Positions 58,262 through 64,000 of a stretch of DNA of 64,000 bases are shown piece after piece. Below the pieces are notes generated by a model. The model saw nothing but the letters and a program-made list of their open reading frames with translations. It did no database searches and had not been told where the DNA came from. Each line of letters starts with the position of its first letter. Position 1 is the first letter of the stretch. The position numbers were made by a program, and so were the translations under genes. The DNA comes from Actinomycetota bacterium (lineage in GTDB: Bacteria > Actinomycetota > UBA4738 > HRBIN12). Location of the stretch: contig DATAEU010000033.1 in NCBI GenBank assembly GCA_036257835.1, positions 1,198 through 65,197 of the forward strand, given 5' to 3'.

Positions 58262-58525
58262 CTAGGGACGAGCGCGCGTTCCGTCGCCGCCGACGACGAA
58301 CGCGCAGAACTCGTTGCCCTCGGGGTCGGCCATGATCGTCCAGTCGTTGCCGCCCGGCCGCTCCGGCACGATCGAGGCGCCGAGGCCGATCAGGCGGTCG
58401 ATCCCGGACACGTCGGCGACGTTCACGTCGAGGTGGATCCGCACCTTGCCCACCTTCGGCTCCGGCCCCGTGTTCGACCACGGTGTCGGGAGCGCCGGAT
58501 CGGGTGGGTCCGGGGAGTCTCGCAC
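58262..58525 (-). CDS. C-terminal half of a glyoxalase-like (VOC) domain, lying in frame directly after the flavodoxin stop
   Basis: PEPKVGKVRIHLDV...WTIMADPEGNEFC matches the C-terminal consensus of glyoxalase-like domain proteins. The N-terminal half is missing. A single TGA separates it from the upstream ORF in the same frame. Confidence 0.3.
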   Translation of the reverse strand: MRDSPDPPDPALPTPWSNTGPEPKVGKVRIHLDVNVADVSGIDRLIGLGASIVPERPGGNDWTIMADPEGNEFCAFVVGGDGTRARP

Positions 58526-58543
58526 GATCCCGTCCGCCGCCGA

Positions 58544-59077
58544 TCAGCGACTGGGAGTCGCCCGGGCCGCGGTCCGCTCGGCAATGTGCGCACCCCAGGC
58601 CGTCGCGTGCGAGATCTCGCCCTCGATCAGCGCGTTCTCCTTCGAGACGAGGAAGGACTCAGGTCCGGGGAGCAACGTGTACCCCGGGGCCCGGAGACGG
58701 CGGGCGATCGTACGCGCCGCCGATCCCGTCAGGAACGCCGCCGCGTCGATCCGCGTGTCGAACGCGGCCCCCACTCGTCCGTCGCCGCCCGGAAGCCGGT
58801 CCATCCACTCGCGGAGCCCGGGCATGACCCTCGCCTCGGCGTAGGTGTTCTTCGCGTCATTGACGGCGGTCTCCCGCGTCGACTCCCGGCTCATCCCGTG
58901 CGCGTGCGTCGGGCCGCCCACGACGAGGAGATCGAAAGTCTCGGCGTGCCCGGCGTCGACCTTCGAGATCGGCCCGGACGCGACCTCGACCCCCTTGGCT
59001 CTGAGCGAGTCGGCGATCGCCTCGCCGATACGAGCGGTGTTGCCGTACAGCGATTCGTAGACCACGAGTGCCTTCAT
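58544..59077 (-). CDS. Flavodoxin-like fold protein (WrbA/NAD(P)H-dependent FMN reductase-like)
   Basis: ATG 59077 after GGGGAGG. MKALVVYESLYGNTARIGEAIA flavodoxin N-terminus. Confidence 0.65.
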   Translation of the reverse strand: MKALVVYESLYGNTARIGEAIADSLRAKGVEVASGPISKVDAGHAETFDLLVVGGPTHAHGMSRESTRETAVNDAKNTYAEARVMPGLREWMDRLPGGDGRVGAAFDTRIDAAAFLTGSAARTIARRLRAPGYTLLPGPESFLVSKENALIEGEISHATAWGAHIAERTAARATPSR

Positions 59078-59185
59078 CGCTCGCCTCCCCGACGTCCAGA
59101 CTCTCCCATTCTTCTCGTGGCCGGAATGCGGCCAAGGGTCCATCGACGGACGACCTCTGTGCCGACGGGTGGTGCCGAGAGGCGC

Positions 59186-59758
59186 CTATGTCGCCGCATC
59201 GAGACCGCCGAACAGCAGCCCCTCGATCTGCGACCGGGCGCGCTTGCGCGACCACCGGTGGCGTGCGCGGAGGTGCACGTAGCCCCAGCACGCGGTGTTG
59301 AACACGACGTCGGCGGCGTGGTCCGGCCGCCCCGAGAACCGCAGGGTCCCGTCGCGCTCGCCGAGGCGGAGAGCGCCGACGAACGGTCCGAGGAACCCCT
59401 GAGCGCCGCCCGGGAAGGTGCATCGCTCCGCCGCCCAATGGAAGACCAGGTCGGACACGCCGAGGAGGTCGAGGTGCCGGTCGACGACCTCGAAGAGCGC
59501 CGCCAGGCAGCCGGCGAGACGTTGCCGGCCGGAGCCCTCGGTGTTGAGGACCGGCCAGAACTCCTCCTGGTAGTCGTTCGTGAGCCGCTGGAGCAGACCG
59601 GTCACCAGCGTCTCCTTGGTGATGCCCTGACGCCAGAGAGTGACGCGCGAGCGGTCGGCGCACTCGGCCACCCGCTCGAGCGAGACGCCGTCGAAGCCGT
59701 GCTCGGAGAGCACCACGCGAGCGGCATCCAGCAGTTCCTCGTCCATCGCGTTCAGCAT
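59186..59758 (-). CDS. TetR family transcriptional regulator
   Basis: HTH at VSLERVAECADRSRVTLWRQ. Start at Met-12 (MLNAMDEE). Confidence 0.7.
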   Translation of the reverse strand: MLNAMDEELLDAARVVLSEHGFDGVSLERVAECADRSRVTLWRQGITKETLVTGLLQRLTNDYQEEFWPVLNTEGSGRQRLAGCLAALFEVVDRHLDLLGVSDLVFHWAAERCTFPGGAQGFLGPFVGALRLGERDGTLRFSGRPDHAADVVFNTACWGYVHLRARHRWSRKRARSQIEGLLFGGLDAAT

Positions 59759-59775
59759 ATCGGTTGCGCGAATGC

Positions 59776-59787
59776 AACATCTATGTT
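59776..59787. promoter_or_regulatory. Inverted repeat AACAT-CT-ATGTT in the TetR promoter region, a candidate operator
   Basis: 5-2-5 perfect dyad 18-29 nt upstream of the TetR start. It lies in the divergent intergenic region with the gene at 60115. Confidence 0.3.
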
Positions 59788-60114
59788 TCACTCGGCAAGA
59801 GTGGGAACACCGGGATCGGGCGAGGAGGTGGTACGTGACGGCGACGGAGAGGGGCTCGTGGTCGCGCGGCTACGCATGTCTGTGAGACGACCGTGAACAG
59901 GACACCGACAGCTCTGCGCCAGCGACGAGTGGGCGCACTACCTCCGCGAGGAGATCGTCCCCGTGGGCGCTGGGGGGAGCGCGAGCTCGGGGGGGACGGT
60001 GCTCGAGTTGGGGCGGGGCCGGGCGTGTGGACCGAGCTGCTCCACCTCCGCGTCCCCCGCCTCACGGTCGTCGAGAACGACCGTGAGGCGAGCCAGAGGG
60101 AAGGAGTGAACGCG

Positions 60115-60606
60115 ATGCTGTTGCCGTATCAGGAGCCGCTCGTACCGAGGGAGCCGGGCGAGCGCGTCGTCCCGGAGCCGCCTCGGCGCGGCGAGCCGGG
60201 CGGCGAGCCGTGCGCGATCTGCGCTGGGACGACGACCGAGGCCGTCTGGTCCGACGAACGGTGGACGCTCCACGCGCCGGTCGGCGGCAGCCTGCCCGGA
60301 AGCGTCTGGCTTGCGAGCCGGCTGCACGCGGATTCGTTCTCGGATCTGCCCGACGAGGTGGCAGCGACGTTCGGGCCCGTGGTGGCCCGCCTCGAGCGCG
60401 CGATCCTGGCCCTGGGTGACGTGGGACGGGTGCATCTGTACCGGTGGGGCGACGGCGGCGCGCACTTCCATGTCTGGCTGCTGCCGCGACCCCTCGGGAT
60501 GCTCGAGGCGTCGGGCCCGATGCTGCCGCTGTGGGAGGACGCGCTCCCGAACGTGCCCGACGAGGAGCTCGCCGACGCCGCGCGGCGGATCGCGGCGGCC
60601 ATGTAG
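60115..60606 (+). CDS. Hypothetical protein with a degenerate HIT-like HxHxW motif
   Basis: ATG after GAAGGAG. CAIC plus GDGGAHFHVWLLPRP. Possibly a HIT/GalT-like nucleotidyl hydrolase. Uncertain. Confidence 0.45.
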   Translation: MLLPYQEPLVPREPGERVVPEPPRRGEPGGEPCAICAGTTTEAVWSDERWTLHAPVGGSLPGSVWLASRLHADSFSDLPDEVAATFGPVVARLERAILALGDVGRVHLYRWGDGGAHFHVWLLPRPLGMLEASGPMLPLWEDALPNVPDEELADAARRIAAAM

Positions 60607-60636
60607 GGACCGCGGGGACGGTGGCAGTATGTCTGG

Positions 60637-60924
60637 ATGGACGACGACGAGCTGTTGCGCCGGGCGGAAGGGGCCCTCACCGAGATCAAGATCGAGCGCG
60701 GCCTGTCGGAGCGACACGCCGCCGTGCTGGCGGCGCTGCGCATCCGCCTGAAGGGGAGCGCGGGCAAGTCGCTCGAGGAGATGCTCGAGGCGGCGGACGA
60801 CACGGCCGGCGACGCGCCCTCGAAAGCGCTGGACGACAAGATCGCGGAGGCCGGCCGGAAGACGAAGCCCTCGCTCGACGATCTTCTCAGCCGGCCGAGG
60901 CCCAAGCCCGAGTGGCCGTCCTGA
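60637..60924 (+). CDS. Small hypothetical charged protein (95 aa)
   Basis: ORF only, with a weak RBS. Confidence 0.3.
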   Translation: MDDDELLRRAEGALTEIKIERGLSERHAAVLAALRIRLKGSAGKSLEEMLEAADDTAGDAPSKALDDKIAEAGRKTKPSLDDLLSRPRPKPEWPS

Positions 60925-60935
60925 GGTCCGAGCGG

Positions 60936-61925
60936 ATGGAACCGGTCGAACGCGTTCGCACAGCGCTGTCCCTCGAACGGCCCGACCGCCCGCCGTTCAC
61001 CTGGTGGGGCCACACGTATCGCGAGGAGTGGTCGCCCGACGCGCTCGCCGAGGTGACGATCGAGCGCCAGCGGCTGTTCGGTTGGGACCTCGTCAAGCTG
61101 CAGCCTCGCGCGTCGTGCTTTGCGGAGGCGTTCGGCTCGGAATACCGTCGGTCCGGGGACGGAACCACGAGCCCGGCGCTCGTCCGTCCCGCCGTGACCG
61201 AGCCGGACGGATGGTCGCGGCTCCCGGCGGTCGATGCGAGCGTGCCGGCGCTCGGCGACCAGGTGGAGGCGCTGCGACGCGTCGCGGACATCGTCGGTCC
61301 CGGCGTGCCGGTGGTGCAGACGGTGTTCTCGCCGTTGATGGTGGCCGGGTATCTGATCGGCGAGGACCGGCCGCAGATGGCGGCGGAGCTCCGGCGGCGC
61401 CCCGAGGACGTCGTCCCGGCGCTCGAGCGCATCGCGGACGCGCTGGCCGATCTCGTCGTTCGATCGGTCGAGGCCGGTGCCGCGGGTCTCTTCTACGCGA
61501 TCTCGGCGTTCGCCTCGACGGACCTGCTGACGGCCGGGGAGTACAACGAGCTCGTCCTGCCATCGGATCGACGGGTGCTCGACGCGATCCCGGACGGAGC
61601 GTGGCTGAACGTGCTGCACCTGTGCGGCGAGCGGCAGCGGTTCGACGTGGCGTCGGTGCTGGGGCTGCGAGCCGTCAGCTGGTCGATCCATGAGCCCGGC
61701 AACCCGTCGCTCGCCGACGGGCTCTCGCTGACGGGCCGGGCGGCGATGGGCGGCATCGATCTCGCCACGCTCGCGGGCGGCACGCCGGACGAGGTGCTGG
61801 AGCAGGGCCGGGCCGCGATCGAGAGCACCACCGGCGTCGGGCTGGTCGTCGCTCCCGGCTGCTCGGTGCCGCCGGACGCCCCCGAGGAGAACCTGCGAGC
61901 GATCGGCCGCAGCGTCGGCGCGTGA
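60936..61925 (+). CDS. Uroporphyrinogen decarboxylase (URO-D) family protein (MtaA/CmuA-like)
   Basis: ATG after GAGG. About 329 aa with URO-D family collinearity. Confidence 0.65.
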   Translation: MEPVERVRTALSLERPDRPPFTWWGHTYREEWSPDALAEVTIERQRLFGWDLVKLQPRASCFAEAFGSEYRRSGDGTTSPALVRPAVTEPDGWSRLPAVDASVPALGDQVEALRRVADIVGPGVPVVQTVFSPLMVAGYLIGEDRPQMAAELRRRPEDVVPALERIADALADLVVRSVEAGAAGLFYAISAFASTDLLTAGEYNELVLPSDRRVLDAIPDGAWLNVLHLCGERQRFDVASVLGLRAVSWSIHEPGNPSLADGLSLTGRAAMGGIDLATLAGGTPDEVLEQGRAAIESTTGVGLVVAPGCSVPPDAPEENLRAIGRSVGA

Positions 61926-61954
61926 ATCCGACCGCGGAGCGAGCGACGGCCTCC

Positions 61955-62185
61955 TCACCACTCGCCGAGCTCGGCCTTGGGGAGCTCGAAGGCGTCGTGC
62001 TCGTCGCCGACGGGGTCGCCCAGCTCAAGCGCCTCGAGCTGGAGCATCTCGTCGCGCAGATCCGCGACCTCGGCGTCGAAGTCCGCCTGGCGCCTGCGCT
62101 CGCGCAGCTGCAGGAGGAGGGCCGCGGCGACGAGCGACACGAGCACGGCGAGCGCGCCGAGGAGTCCGATGGTGGCGAACGTCAT
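61955..62185 (-). CDS. Small single-pass membrane protein (76 aa)
   Basis: ATG 62185 after GGAGGT. TM helix followed by an acidic tail. Confidence 0.4.
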   Translation of the reverse strand: MTFATIGLLGALAVLVSLVAAALLLQLRERRRQADFDAEVADLRDEMLQLEALELGDPVGDEHDAFELPKAELGEW

Positions 62186-62324
62186 GCAAGACCTCCGGGC
62201 CGTCGGTTGGGTTCGACGGTGACGCCGCCGGGAACCGCGCTTCCGCGCCCACGCTCGCACGGGGGGTCGACCCTGTCTGTGCGGTGGCGCACAATGAGCG
62301 GACGGGAGGTCGAGAGGAGGCACC

Positions 62325-62483
62325 GTGAACATCGGCGAGCCCCGCCGCGTCATCGAGATCGAGCCGGTGTCCGTCCCGGTGCCCGAACAGGTCCCCGTCC
62401 CGCTGCCCGAGCCCGAGCCCGACACGCCGGCGCGCGAGCCGGCCGGCGAACCCGTCGAGAACGCGGCGTCGCGGACGGCGTGA
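62325..62483 (+). CDS. Small Pro/Glu-rich peptide (52 aa)
   Basis: GTG after AGGAGG with a 6-nt spacer. VNIGEPRRVIEIEPVSVPVPEQVPVPLPEPEP... Its stop overlaps the next start (GTGA). Confidence 0.4.
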   Translation: MNIGEPRRVIEIEPVSVPVPEQVPVPLPEPEPDTPAREPAGEPVENAASRTA

Positions 62484-63499
62484 GTGCCCAGCTCGAACCG
62501 CGTTCCGACCACGTCATCGAGCCGGTCGAGGGGTGGCGCTCGTGGGAGCTCGAACGCGACGACGAGGGTTTGCGGCTCGTCTCGCCGCTCGTCGAGGTCG
62601 GATGGCCGGCGGGGGAGGCGCTCGAGGCCGCGTGCCGCCGCCACGCCGCGCACGAGGCGCCGGACCCCGAGTGCTCGTGCGGCATCTACGCCGTCGTCAC
62701 GCCGGACGCGCTCGGCACCGTGCGCGGCGGCGTTTCCGTCGTCGGGTCGATCGCCCTGTGGGGGCGCGTCGTCGAGCACGAGAAGGGGTACCGCGGCGAG
62801 CTCGCCTATCCGCAGCGGCTGCGTCTGGTCTGCACGGTGTGCCTCGAGCGCGACGGTACGTTCCGGCCGCCGGTCGGCGTGGCGGCGAGCGGCGACCGGC
62901 TCCGAGCCATGTGCGCGTTCCACGCGTGGTCGGTGACGTCTGTGGACGCCGGCGTGCAGGTCGCGCCGGCCGCCGTCGTCGAGGCGGAGCTGCTCTCGCG
63001 GTATCAGGTGGACGTGCTGCCGGCCGATTCGCTCCCGCACCGCGCGATGCACGAGACTCGCGCCCGCAGCCGGCGCCGTCGGTTGCGGTTCGACCCGCGA
63101 GGCGACCTGCGGGCGTTCGTCCGGGCGGCGATCGTCTGGGGCCTGCTCGTCTCCGTGCTGAGTGGCATCGGCAGAACGAGAGACGCGCTCCTCGCGCTCG
63201 GCCCGACACCGCCGACGAGCCCGTCGACCGCCGTCGCAGACACGGCGTTGCCCCCGCGTCCGGAGCGTCGGATGCCGTCCAAGCCGGCCGATATCGCCCT
63301 CCCGAACCTGCACCGCACGTGCGGCCGCGGGCCGCGACACGCGATCGCCCTCGTCGACTGCCGCACCCCCGGTGTGATGTGGATGTCGTTCGAGACGTTG
63401 CGTCGAGGGGTCGACGCGGAGTGCGCGAGGGGCGAGCTCGCCGAAGCGCTGCCGGACGGCCGCACGCGATGCTGGGTCCACGTCGCGCGCTCGTCCTGA
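62480..63499 (+). CDS. Hypothetical Cys-rich protein with one central TM helix and a Pro-rich C-terminal region
   Basis: The N-terminal domain has H...H...C-x-C (ECSCGIYA) and C-x2-C (CTVC) motifs. TM helix at AIVWGLLVSVLSGIG. Confidence 0.5.
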   Translation: MSAQLEPRSDHVIEPVEGWRSWELERDDEGLRLVSPLVEVGWPAGEALEAACRRHAAHEAPDPECSCGIYAVVTPDALGTVRGGVSVVGSIALWGRVVEHEKGYRGELAYPQRLRLVCTVCLERDGTFRPPVGVAASGDRLRAMCAFHAWSVTSVDAGVQVAPAAVVEAELLSRYQVDVLPADSLPHRAMHETRARSRRRRLRFDPRGDLRAFVRAAIVWGLLVSVLSGIGRTRDALLALGPTPPTSPSTAVADTALPPRPERRMPSKPADIALPNLHRTCGRGPRHAIALVDCRTPGVMWMSFETLRRGVDAECARGELAEALPDGRTRCWVHVARSS

Positions 63500-63524
63500 A
63501 CCGGCTCGGCTGCGCTCGAGCGTT

Positions 63525-64000
63525 CTACGACCCGAAGGGCGAACGCGTCTGCTCCTGAGGGGCCGGCAGGAACACATGGAACGACGCTCCGCCGCCGGCG
63601 CGGTCCTCGACCCAGGTGTGGCCGCCGTGCAGCTCGGCGAATCGGGCGACCAGCGCGAGCCCGATCCCGGCGCCCGGTGAGTGGCTCGACTCGGAGGGGC
63701 CTTGCCGGAAGGGCTCGAACACCGCGTCGCGAAGATCAGCCGGGATCCCCGGCCCGTCGTCCTCGACCACGATCAGCGCGCCGTCGTCGGTGGTGCGGGT
63801 CCGCACCCAGATCGTGGTCCCGGCCGGCGTGTGGCGGACGCCGTTCATGACGAGGTTCTCGACGATCCGCTCCGCCTTCGAGACGTCGACCGGGATCCGT
63901 ACGGGGTCGAGGTCGAGGATCGGCGCCCGGCCCTCGCCGATCTGGAGCTCGGCGATCGTGGCTCGTACGATCTCGGCGACGTCCGCGACCACGAGCTTCG
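63525..64000 (-). CDS. Histidine kinase, C-terminal HATPase_c part; the gene continues beyond the window end
   Basis: N-box (NLVMNGVRHT), G1 DDGPGI, G2 GAGIGLAL. Confidence 0.7.
   Translation of the reverse strand, partial: KLVVADVAEIVRATIAELQIGEGRAPILDLDPVRIPVDVSKAERIVENLVMNGVRHTPAGTTIWVRTRTTDDGALIVVEDDGPGIPADLRDAVFEPFRQGPSESSHSPGAGIGLALVARFAELHGGHTWVEDRAGGGASFHVFLPAPQEQTRSPFGS

Noticed and set aside
61955-63577. 540-aa minus-strand ORF
   Set aside because: Only its last 76 codons (the small membrane protein 61955..62185, which has an RBS) look genuine. The rest is antisense to the Cys-rich membrane protein gene.
1-64000. Mobile elements, prophage, CRISPR, rRNA and tRNA
   Set aside because: No transposase, integrase, recombinase, phage structural or cas-like ORFs were found, and no tRNA-like cloverleaf candidates were seen in intergenic regions. 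tRNA detection by eye is weak, so a dedicated tRNA scan should confirm.

Overview
This 64-kb window is high-GC (about 70% or more) and gene-dense, and reads like a chromosomal stretch from a high-GC Gram-positive organism (likely an actinobacterium). The strongest hints are a small CtaF-type subunit IV after ctaCDE, an MMPL transporter, a stand-alone LigD polymerase domain, and many GTGA/ATGA start-stop overlaps. There are no rRNA, tRNA, CRISPR, transposase, integrase or phage genes. Every call below is by eye from the six-frame ORF track and motif recognition, with no database search. The content is mostly metabolism and respiration. (1) 584-7184 holds a dimethylformamidase-like amidohydrolase, a JmjC/cupin protein, a sucrase/ferredoxin-like protein and an MMPL transporter. 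(2) 8954-11481 is a DNA-repair trio: a cNMP-binding protein, an AlkZ-like winged-helix protein and a stand-alone LigD polymerase domain. (3) 11497-15116 on the minus strand is an operon of a VOC protein, an MpaB-type oxygenase, a trehalose-synthase-like enzyme and a membrane protein. (4) 16392-19743 has a Met-rich, lysine-rich histone H1-like repeat protein divergent from a secreted GH9 cellulase, followed by a frameshifted CE4 deacetylase. (5) 19866-31560 is a nine-gene, translationally coupled minus-strand operon that is the most system-like feature in the window. It pairs a Dpp/Opp-type peptide ABC importer with two hydantoinase-type modules (HyuA/HyuB, and a hydantoinase-like protein with DUF917). 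(6) 31770-44518 is a divergent companion locus with an HtrA protease, an arginase-family ureohydrolase, a second Dpp-type transporter, a TetR regulator, an amidase and a fused 2Fe-2S/molybdopterin hydroxylase. (7) 44607-52471 is a copper and oxidase assembly and structural locus: a TlpA-like redoxin, CtaG, a two-component system, a lipoprotein, then ctaC-ctaD-ctaE-ctaF, where CtaC carries a C-terminal blue-copper cupredoxin domain. (8) 52424-64000 includes two paralogous C4 zinc-ribbon small ORFs, a cNMP-binding protein, AceK, a VIT-family protein, an ABC-2 exporter, a flavodoxin with an in-frame VOC fragment, a TetR regulator, a HIT-like protein, a URO-D-like protein, a small Pro/Glu-rich peptide with a Cys-rich membrane protein, and a partial histidine kinase. 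Several genes carry single-base frame disruptions in homopolymer or GC runs (the CE4 gene, HyuB, the HyuA N-terminus and possibly a permease start). These may be assembly indels rather than true pseudogenes.
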